Made by a program: the position numbers and the translations under genes
Origin: a virus
Taxonomy: Duplodnaviria > Caudoviricetes
Virus record (IMG/VR): IMGVR_UViG_3300031515_000001
Span: 1-55,522 of that record
Direction: 5' to 3' (one strand)
Length of the DNA stretch: 55,522 nt
Notes under the pieces: model-generated
The model's input: only the letters and a program-made list of their open reading frames with translations
The model's database searches: none
Told to the model about the DNA's origin: nothing
Part shown: one piece after another, positions 27,288-37,204 of the stretch
Position numbering within the stretch: position 1 is the stretch's first letter
Layout: every line of letters begins with the position of its first letter

Positions 27288-27731
27288 TTATTCAATGTCT
27301 TTGTCAGATGACGATACTTCAATGGTTCCACTATCGGCAGACACCTGCCGTAGAACAACTAACTGCTTCTGTTCTGGAGCGGTATCCTTTATATGTCCTG
27401 TGACTCTGGCAAGAAGTCCAAGAGCTGATATTTTATCAGATGGTTTAGTCCTTGTATCTTCTATAATTTCTTTTAACTTGGTAACAAAATAATCTTGAGT
27501 TATTCTATTCCTTCTTGAAATAATTTCCTGCCCATACTCTATTGCCTGTTGAATGTGAGGCTTCTGGAGCCATTCAAATCCTCTTAAGTATCTCATACCA
27601 CAAAGCTGGCAAGTCTTCTTCAAATCAAAAACTGTTAAATATATTTCAACAAATTGTCTTTCTTTTTTCTTAAGTTGTCTTAAAAATAATTCTTTCTCTA
27701 CTAAATCAAGAATGTCTCTCTTTAAGAGCAA
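27288..27731 (-). CDS. terS: terminase small subunit
   Basis: L..KERQFVEIYL..FD...G...LQKPHIQQAI...ITQDYFV.KLKEI...DKISALGLLAR..G matches the Terminase_2 pattern. Confidence 0.8.
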   Translation of the reverse strand: MLLKRDILDLVEKELFLRQLKKKERQFVEIYLTVFDLKKTCQLCGMRYLRGFEWLQKPHIQQAIEYGQEIISRRNRITQDYFVTKLKEIIEDTRTKPSDKISALGLLARVTGHIKDTAPEQKQLVVLRQVSADSGTIEVSSSDKDIE

Positions 27732-28437
27732 AGCACTCCTCCCTTACTATACAAGTTTTTGCAAGTTGAGTATTAGTATTAGCACAAACTCTCTCTGGTA
27801 ATTCCCCATACTTTACAAAGCGTTTTAAATTTTTCAGAGTTTGTTCATAAATATTGCATACATACTCATCCCGCTCTGCTACAAAGAGTTTTATCGGCTC
27901 TTTGACTTCTTCTTTTGCCATGTATATTATTATGCCAATATTATAATCATAATCCAGTTTTAGTTTTTCAGAAATCCAGCAATAAAATGACAACTGATAT
28001 AGATGGTTAGGCACTGGACTTGTCAAGTTATTAAATGCTTCTCTATTTATACTTTTACACTCTACAATATACTTCTTTTCATTTAAGGTGATGATACCAT
28101 CAGGAGAGCCAATCAGGCGTATATCTCCTATCTTCAACCCCATAACAGGCGGCTTTATGCCCTCTATTAATTCCAAGATAATATCCTCAATTTTATTACC
28201 TAACATAAAAGTTACATATCTGCCATTGCTTATATACAAATCGTTGTTATCTTTGAGTAATCCTTTTTGATAAAGAATTAGCTTCTCTCTTAAGCAAATT
28301 TTTAATATATCGGTCGCATGGATATCAGTAACAGAAGGCTTTCTTCCTCTATTTTTCCTTAAATTCTTGTATATCCGTGTCATCAATTGCTCTGTCAAAT
28401 ACTTGCTCAATATCATCCTCCCCTCTATAATACTCAC
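27706..28437 (-). CDS. Cas4-like PD-(D/E)XK exonuclease (start uncertain)
   Basis: GSPDG, VECKS, YQLSFY motifs; one N-terminal and three C-terminal Cys compatible with a 4Fe-4S staple. Confidence 0.75.
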   Translation of the reverse strand: MSIIEGRMILSKYLTEQLMTRIYKNLRKNRGRKPSVTDIHATDILKICLREKLILYQKGLLKDNNDLYISNGRYVTFMLGNKIEDIILELIEGIKPPVMGLKIGDIRLIGSPDGIITLNEKKYIVECKSINREAFNNLTSPVPNHLYQLSFYCWISEKLKLDYDYNIGIIIYMAKEEVKEPIKLFVAERDEYVCNIYEQTLKNLKRFVKYGELPERVCANTNTQLAKTCIVREECFALKERHS

Positions 28438-28690
28438 ATAAAGTTATTATATTTATTAGACTGTCTAATGCGTCAATTAAATGTGGAATAAACATATGTC
28501 TGAATCCCTCGTCATAATCAACAATAGCTTCTATTCTATCAGTACAGTCCCTGATTAAGGTAAGAATAGCTCTTGCATGGAGCTTGGTCATTTTCTTTTT
28601 ACTGAGAGGCTTATTCCTATGTCTTAAATCATAAGAATAAGCCTCTATAACTCTTGAAATTATTTCTGGTAGTCTGTCTAATGTATCCAT
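28349..28690 (-). CDS. hypothetical helical protein
   Basis: 113 aa ORF in operon. Confidence 0.5.
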   Translation of the reverse strand: MDTLDRLPEIISRVIEAYSYDLRHRNKPLSKKKMTKLHARAILTLIRDCTDRIEAIVDYDEGFRHMFIPHLIDALDSLINIITLCEYYRGEDDIEQVFDRAIDDTDIQEFKEK

Positions 28691-29088
28691 TTTAACTGTT
28701 TAAGAACATCCCTATTTAACAAAATAATAGGATACTTCTGTGCCATTGTAGCAAATTTTGTATAAGAAGTCCACCTCCCTTTAACCTCCAAAAATACATT
28801 ATGGTCTGGAAGATAAAAATCAGGTACATACATTCTTTCTAAAATGAAAGGTTCATATAGTACATTACCAAACAGCTCTTTTAGTTTATAAAAAACCAGC
28901 TCCTCCCACTTACTACGAAATGGTTTTATACCTTTACTAAAGTACTCATATACATTATCTGTATTCGAAGTAAAAGTTTTTATATAGTCAACAAAACAAG
29001 ACTCACTACACACAGGTGGTATGTAAGATAGCCCTGTCATATCTCTTATCTGTATTTGTTTTCCACACCTTATACATCCGATAACCAC
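28678..29088 (-). CDS. PD-(D/E)XK endonuclease (T7 endonuclease I-like) with N-terminal Zn finger
   Basis: FRSKWEE, YEP, YVPDFYLP, EVKG; CIRC...CSESC. Confidence 0.8.
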   Translation of the reverse strand: MVIGCIRCGKQIQIRDMTGLSYIPPVCSESCFVDYIKTFTSNTDNVYEYFSKGIKPFRSKWEELVFYKLKELFGNVLYEPFILERMYVPDFYLPDHNVFLEVKGRWTSYTKFATMAQKYPIILLNRDVLKQLKWIH

Positions 29089-30032
29089 ACAGCCTCCTTT
29101 ATAATAGTATTAATAGCCTCCTGTTTCAAAGCCTTATTCCTGTAAAGTTCATTTAAAAAATCTTTTCTGTTTTTATAAGTCTTGTCTGCAAATTTTATAT
29201 TGTCTTTATCTATCTTCGCTATCTCAACCAATTTATTAAAAATTGCCAACTCATCCATGACATCTCCAGCTTTATAAAACCCCTGATTAACAAGAGCCAT
29301 TGTGTATTCCCCTACCACCTTTGGAATTCCACCTACTTTATTTTTTTCTATGACAAAAGCATAAGTAACCTTATTTGGAGTCTCTTGCCCTTTTGCATAT
29401 TCCTTTACATAAAACCTTATTTCCAGTGCAGCAAGAGCATCCTGTAGTTTACCTCCGGGCTTTGTATATCCAGAAAAATATCCACCTATATTTACTCTTA
29501 CCTGATTAATCAAAATCACAGTTACAGGATTTCCTTTCCTATTTTGTTTAGAGATATTAGGCACTATCTTTCTAAGCAGACTGCTCACTGCTTTTGCTGA
29601 AATCCCTACCAATGAAGAATCAGCTGGAGCTTCTGCTTCTTTCATGGGTATAACCATAGCAAGGCTATCTATTATGTAAAATCCATGTTCAGGCTTCTCT
29701 GTTAATTCCATTAATATCTCTATCCCTTCTTCTGCATAACTGGGCTGAACTACATAAAACCTATCTGTATCCCCTACAATAGTCTCACACCAAGCTCTAT
29801 CAAATGCCTGCTCAAAATCAACATATACAACATTTCTGTCTGGATTAAAATCAAGAAAGCTCTTAGCCAATCTTAAAGACAGAGTAGATTTACCAGTAGA
29901 TTTATCTCCAAAAAATAAAGTAAACCTGCCTTCTGGAATTCCACCTTTTGTAAGATAATCAAAACTATAAATATAACTTGGTATTCTATTCACATACTGG
30001 AGTTCCTTATATTTCATCAAGGTTAACTTCAT
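29070..30032 (-). CDS. recA: RecA-like recombinase
   Basis: GGIPEGR, Walker A GDKSTGKS, YVDFEQAFD, IIDSLA, INQVR, PGGK, KNKV. Confidence 0.9.
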   Translation of the reverse strand: MKLTLMKYKELQYVNRIPSYIYSFDYLTKGGIPEGRFTLFFGDKSTGKSTLSLRLAKSFLDFNPDRNVVYVDFEQAFDRAWCETIVGDTDRFYVVQPSYAEEGIEILMELTEKPEHGFYIIDSLAMVIPMKEAEAPADSSLVGISAKAVSSLLRKIVPNISKQNRKGNPVTVILINQVRVNIGGYFSGYTKPGGKLQDALAALEIRFYVKEYAKGQETPNKVTYAFVIEKNKVGGIPKVVGEYTMALVNQGFYKAGDVMDELAIFNKLVEIAKIDKDNIKFADKTYKNRKDFLNELYRNKALKQEAINTIIKEAVWLSDV

Positions 30033-30279
30033 GAATTTCCTCCATTACTGGTTGAGTATTATCGGCTCTAACTATTTCATTTATAACATCTATGTAGTGA
30101 TTAATACATTCCTTAAGTTGTTTATCCATCTCCTTCTGTAATGTCCTAACTGTAGTTTTAAAATTTTTATTCACAGGAAGTGACATTGACAACCCCACTC
30201 TAACAGACTGATAGTTACCAATATTCACAGTTGCTCCAACAGACAATGTTACATTAGGAATTATCATTGTTTTGTTCAT
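30007..30279 (-). CDS. hypothetical protein
   Basis: SD GGAGG; TVNIGNYQSVRV motif seen in phage replication regions. Confidence 0.6.
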   Translation of the reverse strand: MNKTMIIPNVTLSVGATVNIGNYQSVRVGLSMSLPVNKNFKTTVRTLQKEMDKQLKECINHYIDVINEIVRADNTQPVMEEIHEVNLDEI

Positions 30280-30439
30280 ATAACACCTCCATTTGTTTAA
30301 AAAATCTGTTTAACAGTTTTCGTCGCTGTACTGCAATTAACATACTATTACGATACTCTTCATCATTTAAATATTTAAGCTTCCTCTTGTAAAGAATTGT
30401 ATTCCTGTATTTTTTCCACTTCTCGTTTGATAAAAGCAT
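30254..30439 (-). CDS. small basic hypothetical protein
   Basis: SD GGAGG upstream; overlaps neighbours. Confidence 0.45.
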   Translation of the reverse strand: MLLSNEKWKKYRNTILYKRKLKYLNDEEYRNSMLIAVQRRKLLNRFFKQMEVLYEQNNDNS

Positions 30440-31703
30440 TTACATCCTCCCGCATCATAGTTATATAATGAATTTTGCACCCAAGTTTTTGATAAATACT
30501 CAATCTTGTCCTGAAAAATTTGTTCATAACTATAGAAGATTTATCCACAATATCTATTACAATAGGTACCTTTCTTTTAGGTCTAAGTATTCTACCTATT
30601 GCCTGTCTTACATCAGCTCTTGGCATAGCAAATATAAGGCAATCAAGGTCTGGAATATCTAATCCAGTAGAAGCAGAACCATAAGTTCCTATTATTATTT
30701 GTTTCGTTATATCTTTAAACCTATAAGTAAAGCGCCCTACCTTGCCTTTTATATATTTAAGAGCCATAGCACGCAAGATATTAACATGCCTTAATCTATC
30801 TGTAAGTATAAGAGTTCTTCTGTCTTTTCTATAACTCTGCAATGTCAACCCAAGAATTAAAGCATTTCTATATAAGAGACTTGTAATTTTGTTATAGTAT
30901 TTGGATATTAAGAAATCGCCATATGAATAACAACCTTTACAGGAAGAATCAACATCATAATAATCAATTACAATAACCTCAGGGGTTACTCTAACCTTGC
31001 TGTAATCAACTATAATATCCCCAATGTGGTACTTGAACAAAGACGTAAAACCATCTCGTCTCTCTACTGTACCTGATAATCCTATCCTATATTTATCCCA
31101 GAAATACTTGATAACCTTATGAAAATGCTCAGCCCCCATTCTATGAACTTCATCATAAATAACCGTCCCAAATTCTGTATATATAGCATCCCTATCAATA
31201 TACTTCCCAAAGGCAAGAGTATGAAGCATTGCAACAGTAATAGGCTTATCATATGTGCAAGTATGCTGATAGATAACAGAAGGACGAAACCCGCATAGTT
31301 CTTCTATCTTGCTAACCCATTGCCTAAATATTTGAGTAGTAGGCACCACTACTAAGGATTTAAGTCCCAATTTGATAATCAAATCAATTCCCATAATAGT
31401 TTTACCTACTCCAGTCCCAGCTTGTATAATCCCAGAAGTATTTGCCTTTAGAAAATTATCAACCAATATCTTTTGATATGGATATAGTTCATAATTTCTT
31501 GTTTTAATATCTATCTTCTTCCATACAGCATCATCAGGCTGGCGTTTAACCAAGGCTCTGGGTATCCAGAGCTTATCCCCTTCAGCAAACTCATAAGCAT
31601 ATACCTCTTTATTGGTATATGTATTTTTGATAGTGAGTTTCCTGAATATATCCTCAGGATACCCAGAAACTAAAGCCATATGCTTTACACAGTGTATTTT
31701 CAT
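30375..31703 (-). CDS. superfamily 2 helicase (UvsW/XPB-like)
   Basis: LYPYQ, GTGVGKT, DEVH, GLSGT, TGLDIP, QAIGRILR. Confidence 0.9.
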   Translation of the reverse strand: MKIHCVKHMALVSGYPEDIFRKLTIKNTYTNKEVYAYEFAEGDKLWIPRALVKRQPDDAVWKKIDIKTRNYELYPYQKILVDNFLKANTSGIIQAGTGVGKTIMGIDLIIKLGLKSLVVVPTTQIFRQWVSKIEELCGFRPSVIYQHTCTYDKPITVAMLHTLAFGKYIDRDAIYTEFGTVIYDEVHRMGAEHFHKVIKYFWDKYRIGLSGTVERRDGFTSLFKYHIGDIIVDYSKVRVTPEVIVIDYYDVDSSCKGCYSYGDFLISKYYNKITSLLYRNALILGLTLQSYRKDRRTLILTDRLRHVNILRAMALKYIKGKVGRFTYRFKDITKQIIIGTYGSASTGLDIPDLDCLIFAMPRADVRQAIGRILRPKRKVPIVIDIVDKSSIVMNKFFRTRLSIYQKLGCKIHYITMMREDVNAFIKREVEKIQEYNSLQEEA

Positions 31704-32575
31704 TTCTTTTTTGTTCTACCAGTCTGTTTAATTGGTTTAGGTTCTTCTTCAATTAAATCTTCAAGAATTTTATCAACATCAACTTCATCATCATCCTCTG
31801 AAGATAAATCTGATTCTTCTTCCTCAGAAGTTACATCGTCTTCCTCTTCTACGATAGAAGGTATTTCCTCTTCCTCTTCTTCAGAAGGTATTTCCTCTTC
31901 CTCTTCTTCTTCAGTTATATCTTCTTCAATAATATCCTCTTCTATCACAGTATCAGAGGTTACATCAGAAACACTTGGAATTATATGAAACCCCATATAC
32001 CTCAATTCCTCATCTGTAGGAGGTGCAAGAACTTTCTCATAATCATACGGAACAGCATATTCTTTTCCTAAACCCAATAGATTAAATCTCTTTCCCTCTA
32101 CTACATCCTTAACAATTCCACATGCGGCATCTTTATCAGTATAGCGTTTTAATATGAACTTTACTCCAACAAGGGAGCCAAACTTTTTCTTATAGTCATC
32201 AAGCTGTTTTGCAAGTGTTCTTTTTGCCATTAACAGGCTTTTAGTAAATTTCACTATAGTTCCATCTTTCTTAACAAAAGGACGTAAATCAATTATTGTG
32301 TAGCATATAACTCCATGCGGTCTATCTCCTACCTGCATACAGACAGGACATGGTTTCATGCCCGCCGAGCAGGTTACTGTTCTAAATCCATTTCCTGTTT
32401 TAACTATATGAACTTCACACCAAAAGCCCTCATCATCTACAAAAATAACAGGAGCTTCCATATCTGGTTTGAGATGGAACTTTATATAGTTCTTCTCTTT
32501 CATTTGCTGTTGCAACTTCTCCCTTTCCTCTAATGCTCTTTTTGCTTCTTCTCCTTTTTTAAACCAACTACCCAT
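31700..32575 (-). CDS. single-stranded DNA-binding protein (gp32-like)
   Basis: H...C.....CPVC Zn motif, OB-like core, long acidic C-terminal tail; replication context. Confidence 0.7.
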   Translation of the reverse strand: MGSWFKKGEEAKRALEEREKLQQQMKEKNYIKFHLKPDMEAPVIFVDDEGFWCEVHIVKTGNGFRTVTCSAGMKPCPVCMQVGDRPHGVICYTIIDLRPFVKKDGTIVKFTKSLLMAKRTLAKQLDDYKKKFGSLVGVKFILKRYTDKDAACGIVKDVVEGKRFNLLGLGKEYAVPYDYEKVLAPPTDEELRYMGFHIIPSVSDVTSDTVIEEDIIEEDITEEEEEEEIPSEEEEEEIPSIVEEEDDVTSEEEESDLSSEDDDEVDVDKILEDLIEEEPKPIKQTGRTKKK

Positions 32576-33450
32576 TATAAAACCTCCTTTTTAATTGATT
32601 TTAATGCTTTTTTAATTTTTCCTTTCTCTACTATCTCGGCTGGGTCTTTGCAACCACAATAATCAGACACATAATACAACGGTAGAAAATTTAATAATTG
32701 TTTTTTAGCTTTCTGCCTTATTCTTTTACCTGCTTCATCATTATCAAAGAATAACACCACCTTTCTATTTAATTTTCTAATAGCAGATAACTGAGCGGTT
32801 GTGGGCTCCCCAAAAGAAGCCCACACAGTCACGTATCTGCTGAGTAGTATTGCATCTCTCTCCCCCTCTACAAGAAAGATAGCATCAGTTTTTTTAAACT
32901 GCTCCCCATACCAAATGCCTGCCCTTTTGAAATTTGTATTAGAACCAAGAAAGTAGAAAACTTTAGGCAACCTTCTTACCTTTATTGCTATTATCTTATC
33001 ATTATGATATACAGGGAAGAACAAACACGAATTGCTCGCATCATATCTAATATTCCATTTAATTATATCCTGAGGAGTAAGATGTAGAATAGATGGAGCA
33101 TATGGATAAACCTCAATAACTTCAGCTGGAATTTCAGTTAATCTAATTTCAGGTGTAGTTTCTTTATAACCACCAATGTGCTCTTTTATAAACTTTTCCA
33201 TAGGTAATGGATTATTATGCCAATACCGAGCTATCTCTTTAGGTAAAGTAAGAATAGAACCATGTTTTCCGCAGGCAAAGCAGTTGTAACCTCCTGAAGT
33301 AGAGATACCGAACGAATACCTACTGTCATCTCCTCCAGTATGAGTCCAAGTCGCAAATGGGCAGGAACACATCACCCAGCCATCTCCTACTTCTTTTGAA
33401 GGTCTCTTTAAAAATAGACTTATTAGCTCTTTAATTTTACTCGTTTGCAT
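32575..33450 (-). CDS. dnaG: DNA primase (Zn finger plus Toprim)
   Basis: CPF...H...CFAC, VEGERDA, FDNDEAG, KDP. Confidence 0.9.
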   Translation of the reverse strand: MQTSKIKELISLFLKRPSKEVGDGWVMCSCPFATWTHTGGDDSRYSFGISTSGGYNCFACGKHGSILTLPKEIARYWHNNPLPMEKFIKEHIGGYKETTPEIRLTEIPAEVIEVYPYAPSILHLTPQDIIKWNIRYDASNSCLFFPVYHNDKIIAIKVRRLPKVFYFLGSNTNFKRAGIWYGEQFKKTDAIFLVEGERDAILLSRYVTVWASFGEPTTAQLSAIRKLNRKVVLFFDNDEAGKRIRQKAKKQLLNFLPLYYVSDYCGCKDPAEIVEKGKIKKALKSIKKEVL

Positions 33451-33659
33451 TGATTATCGTACTTTATACCTTTTGTTCTAAAATACTTTTCTACAATCTC
33501 ATCATTTGAATTCAGCATTTTAAAAACTGCCAACTCTATATCCATAGGAGAGAGCTTCATCAAATCTTCTTCCTCTACAACATAGGATAAAATTCTTACA
33601 CACTTGGAAAGTCTGTTCCTTGCCTCAGGATATTTATTATATCTTTCAAACTTAATCAT
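33423..33659 (-). CDS. hypothetical protein
   Basis: ORF coupled between helicase and primase; GGAGG before MIKFE. Confidence 0.5.
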   Translation of the reverse strand: MIKFERYNKYPEARNRLSKCVRILSYVVEEEDLMKLSPMDIELAVFKMLNSNDEIVEKYFRTKGIKYDNQCKRVKLKS

Positions 33660-34863
33660 AAGGTTCCTCCAACAAATCTTCAAATTCTTCCATTAATCCT
33701 TCTTTCTCTTCAGAGCCAGATGTCATCTCTATTTGGTCAAAATTCATATTTATCCAATCCCAATGAACAGGAATTCTAACGTCCGATATTCCTTCCCTAT
33801 TTGCAATCAAATGCATAACTCTTGATACACCAGTACTGTCTGGAGTAACTGCTACAACTACAGAAGCTATCTGCCCTATTGCATCTGATAAAGCAATATG
33901 CTGTAAATCAGGTTCTTTTGCAGAGGAAGCACTTCTGTTTAACTGGTAAGAGCAAACTATTGATGTGCTTGTTCTCATTGCTATTTGTTTTAACTCCTCA
34001 ACAATAGCCTTCGCCTTTTCCCATTCTGAATTAAACTTCTGCCCATATTTAAGCAAATAAGCGCCATCAACAAAAACAACAGCAGGCTCATAAACTTTGA
34101 TTAAAGAGTATAGTTCTAACAAGTTTTTAAGCCCTGCACCATTTACATAATATAGATTCAATTTCAATTTCTCCAGCTTCTTTTCTACAAAAGAGCTTAT
34201 GATTCTTTTCTGGTCAGTAAATACATTACTCTTAAATCGCAATCCCAGCAGTCTCATAAGTATCTGCCGCTCCCCCATTTCAAGAGATACAAACATACAT
34301 GGAACTGTATCTAATAACTTATTCATTGAATTGAGCATGTACATTGTCTTTCCCATCTTTGTTCTGGCAACATATACAAATATATCAGTAGGTAAATACC
34401 CACCCGTTAGATTGTCAATGATAGGATATCCTGTTGGATATCCCATTGTTCCGACGAGTTTCTTCTTTCTTACTTCTTGTATGATAGATTTAACTCTGCC
34501 TACTATTTCATCAGGCTTAATGATATGCTCTTTATTTCCTTCAGATAGTAATTTAGTCAATCGCTTATATAATTTAATCAAATCCTGAGATGGATTATCA
34601 AAGGGCATCTCCTTGAATTCAAGTATCACATTCTGTATAGTTCTTTCGTATATGACTTCAAGCCACCATTCTATAGGATAATCTTGATATCCCTCAGGAG
34701 CTGTTCTTGGAGGAGGCAAACTTTTATATTTCTTAAGGAACTTCCGTATCCTATTATATTCATAATACTCCTCCTCAGTAAGTTGGTCCTCAGGAATCCT
34801 ACTTAGGGCTTCAATATCCTTATCAATAAGTATTTTATGTAATAAACATAATCCAGCCAGCAT
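33652..34863 (-). CDS. dnaB: DnaB-like replicative helicase
   Basis: ARTKMGKT, SLEM, VFVDGAYL, QLNR, SDAIGQ. Confidence 0.9.
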   Translation of the reverse strand: MLAGLCLLHKILIDKDIEALSRIPEDQLTEEEYYEYNRIRKFLKKYKSLPPPRTAPEGYQDYPIEWWLEVIYERTIQNVILEFKEMPFDNPSQDLIKLYKRLTKLLSEGNKEHIIKPDEIVGRVKSIIQEVRKKKLVGTMGYPTGYPIIDNLTGGYLPTDIFVYVARTKMGKTMYMLNSMNKLLDTVPCMFVSLEMGERQILMRLLGLRFKSNVFTDQKRIISSFVEKKLEKLKLNLYYVNGAGLKNLLELYSLIKVYEPAVVFVDGAYLLKYGQKFNSEWEKAKAIVEELKQIAMRTSTSIVCSYQLNRSASSAKEPDLQHIALSDAIGQIASVVVAVTPDSTGVSRVMHLIANREGISDVRIPVHWDWINMNFDQIEMTSGSEEKEGLMEEFEDLLEEPYD

Positions 34864-35555
34864 TAGACTTTTATCCTTTTCTTACATACTTGAGGTATTT
34901 CTTTGCTTTTTTTCAGCACTTCTGAACGAAGAGCCTCAATTATGTCATTATCAGTTGCATGATTCATAATAAAATCTGAACATATATAAGTCAAAGCTAC
35001 ATTCAAATTATCTGAAAGAGCCAATTCCTGAGCAATATGCATAGCTTCTTTAACTATTTCTGCTTGCTCATCAAGTAATTTGAATTTCAGAGTAAGTACT
35101 TTCTCAATCTCTTCTCCCTTAGCATATTTTACTTTTTCCTTTCTTACAAAATCTTGCAGCTCTTCCCTACTTAACTGCTTAGCTTTACTAAGCGTAGTCT
35201 GTAGGGATTCAATAGGAAAGTTCTCAGTCAGCAAAAGAGAGGCTACTTCTTTAAATTTTGTCCAACCAATACCAATTAATTCCTCCTTAGAAATTGCATA
35301 AGTCTCAATCGCCTGCCCCATCTTTACTCTATACATGAACATTTCATAAGATAGTCCTGACGGAGCAAGTTCTGCTTTTACATAATCTTTACAGGATTCA
35401 TATCCTTTGACTTTCCATTCTTGAGATGAGTATATCTCGTATGCTATTGTGGCGATTTCATACCAAGTCTCAGACTCTCTTCTTAATAAAGCTCTTAGTT
35501 TTTCAGTATTGTCTGGTTGTGGCGCCTGTGTCTTAGTAATTTGTTTTTGTTTCAT
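34863..35555 (-). CDS. putative helical DNA-binding protein (DUF3102/partition-protein-like)
   Basis: WYEIA...EI...W...GYES..DYV..EL...IGWTK pattern; weak recognition. Confidence 0.4.
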   Translation of the reverse strand: MKQKQITKTQAPQPDNTEKLRALLRRESETWYEIATIAYEIYSSQEWKVKGYESCKDYVKAELAPSGLSYEMFMYRVKMGQAIETYAISKEELIGIGWTKFKEVASLLLTENFPIESLQTTLSKAKQLSREELQDFVRKEKVKYAKGEEIEKVLTLKFKLLDEQAEIVKEAMHIAQELALSDNLNVALTYICSDFIMNHATDNDIIEALRSEVLKKSKEIPQVCKKRIKV

Positions 35556-35728
35556 TTTTGCCTCCTATATACTTGATTGTCTCTTACTGTTTTTAATCTT
35601 CTGTTTGTTACTTCTGCCTTTAAAATTTTCGTCATCTTGTCTAAATCCTTAATACATTCCATATTTGTATAACCTTCTGCATCTAAGATAAGTTCCAAAG
35701 TTTTCTTATTTAATTTTAAAAATATCAT
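35552..35728 (-). CDS. DUF2997-like small protein (58 aa, not in ORF track)
   Basis: MIFLKLNKKTLELILDAEGYTNMECIKDLDKMTKILKAEVTNRRLK...; EGxxxxxC core; SD GAGGGG; follows the DUF1257-like gene. Confidence 0.6.
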   Translation of the reverse strand: MIFLKLNKKTLELILDAEGYTNMECIKDLDKMTKILKAEVTNRRLKTVRDNQVYRRQK

Positions 35729-35740
35729 GATGCCCCTCTG

Positions 35741-35758
35741 AATTAAATCGATTTAATT
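35741..35758. repeat. 18-bp palindrome AATTAAATCGATTTAATT
   Basis: Perfect copy forming the last codons (IKSI-stop) of 35743..36066. Confidence 0.95.
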
Positions 35759-36066
35759 GCATACATAACATAAGAATCATTTTCAATCATATGAACATTG
35801 AGTCCTTTCTTCCTCAATAGGTAGTAGTAGTATTTTTTCATAAGAAGCTCGGCGTTCTTGTGAGCTGTACTATCATATACAAGTTTGCCCTTTACTACTC
35901 CAATATCTGGAGAAGTTTTCGGTTTCAACACTACTTCTCCTATAAAGTTCTTTGTAGAAAAACCATAGATTGGAGCATTTTCTTCTACTTTCCAATTTAA
36001 CTCATGTGCCACCTCCTTTAATAAAGATATATCTATTGGAATTTTAATAGTTCTAAGCTCACTCAT
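35743..36066 (-). CDS. DUF1257 (Ycf35)-like protein
   Basis: MSELRTIK..ID..LL..V..EL...IYGF...VVL...DIGV...LVYD...L.KKY...KG pattern; near a Ycf46-like ATPase. Confidence 0.6.
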   Translation of the reverse strand: MSELRTIKIPIDISLLKEVAHELNWKVEENAPIYGFSTKNFIGEVVLKPKTSPDIGVVKGKLVYDSTAHKNAELLMKKYYYYLLRKKGLNVHMIENDSYVMYAIKSI

Positions 36067-36479
36067 CTTGTCCTCCTAATTATATCCCTAATCTTTGTAA
36101 CATTCTGAATAACTTCAACTGGAAGGTCTCCTTTCAATACTTCAGCATTCCCTTCAAAAAAACCTACCTCATGAATTCCAGTAATTCGTATTTTATTAGC
36201 TTTACTACTAAGTCTGATGTACATTTCCTTATATTCAGTAGGCTTACCAAATGTAGAAAATCTTGATATAATCTTCAACACCGTACCTTCCTTCATTTTC
36301 CCATCAAGAATGAAGAATCTCTGTCTTTTATCTTCTTTTTTGGAGGAAGCCCTATCATAGATAGGGCATTTAAACAGAGATTCCTCCATTCCATCATTTC
36401 TCACATGGAAGATGTAGAAAGAAGTCAGCCCAAAGCGCTCTATAGATTTTTCCCCCGCCATCATCTTAACGGCTATCAT
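36063..36479 (-). CDS. hypothetical protein
   Basis: 138 aa ORF coupled in operon. Confidence 0.6.
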   Translation of the reverse strand: MIAVKMMAGEKSIERFGLTSFYIFHVRNDGMEESLFKCPIYDRASSKKEDKRQRFFILDGKMKEGTVLKIISRFSTFGKPTEYKEMYIRLSSKANKIRITGIHEVGFFEGNAEVLKGDLPVEVIQNVTKIRDIIRRTR

Positions 36480-36861
36480 TCTTCTTCTCCTTTACGGAAA
36501 ACCTTTTTATCGTCTTAGTAGCTTTGGTTACTTCTTCAATATCCTTTGGAGCAACATATTCTCTGAGCTTCTCTATTGAAACAGACACAACCTCAAGGAA
36601 TTTCTGTGGTCCGAGCTTTTTAAGAAGAGACGCTTTATCCACCTCAGATATTAATGTATTCTGCGTTATATTAAGCGTGTATTTTGTTCCATCATACTGT
36701 CCTTCCCCTAAATTATCCAGCTTTTTTCTTATCTTCTCTTCCTCTGCTTCAAGCTTTTTAATCTCATCCCTAATAGAACCGAGAGCATCAATAAGAAAAG
36801 AAAAAGGAAGTTTAGTAGCTTGTTCCACTAGTTTTTCTCTCCTTAATACCTTTGTTTTCAT
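36466..36861 (-). CDS. hypothetical coiled-coil protein
   Basis: SD GGAGG; 131 aa. Confidence 0.65.
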   Translation of the reverse strand: MKTKVLRREKLVEQATKLPFSFLIDALGSIRDEIKKLEAEEEKIRKKLDNLGEGQYDGTKYTLNITQNTLISEVDKASLLKKLGPQKFLEVVSVSIEKLREYVAPKDIEEVTKATKTIKRFSVKEKKNDSR

Positions 36862-36872
36862 CTTATTCCTCC

Positions 36873-37154
36873 TTATTGTAATACTCCATCCTCAGCCTCT
36901 ATCTTCTCCATATAGGCTAAAAGGATGGGCGTAATAGCCATTGATGATATTATAGCTGTGCATTCATTAAATAGGCGGCACTTATCACAATCATAAGAAA
37001 TTCTGTCGGCGGTTGCCGACAAACAACCAAGTATTGGAATAATATTTAGTGCAATATCTTTTAGATTGTACTTAAGTTCAAGGTCTTGCTGTAGGAAGTC
37101 TATGGCAACTCTGTCATCCCTCTTAGGCATAATAAAATTTAATTTTGTTTTCAT
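36873..37154 (-). CDS. hypothetical Cys-containing protein
   Basis: SD AGGAGG; GC...CDKC....EC. Confidence 0.6.
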   Translation of the reverse strand: MKTKLNFIMPKRDDRVAIDFLQQDLELKYNLKDIALNIIPILGCLSATADRISYDCDKCRLFNECTAIISSMAITPILLAYMEKIEAEDGVLQ

Positions 37155-37174
37155 TTTACCCTCCTTATAATTTT

Positions 37175-37204
37175 ATTATAGCAAATTAGGGAAGTCTTTG
37201 TCAA
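37175..37204 (-). promoter_or_regulatory. sigma70-type promoter
   Basis: TTGACA-18 bp-TATAAT with extended TG, overlapping the AAA gene stop. Confidence 0.8.

Noticed and set aside
31780-31960. 24-bp duplication and TTC-rich tract
   Set aside because: Explained by the acidic C-terminal tail of the SSB (EEEEEIPS x2)
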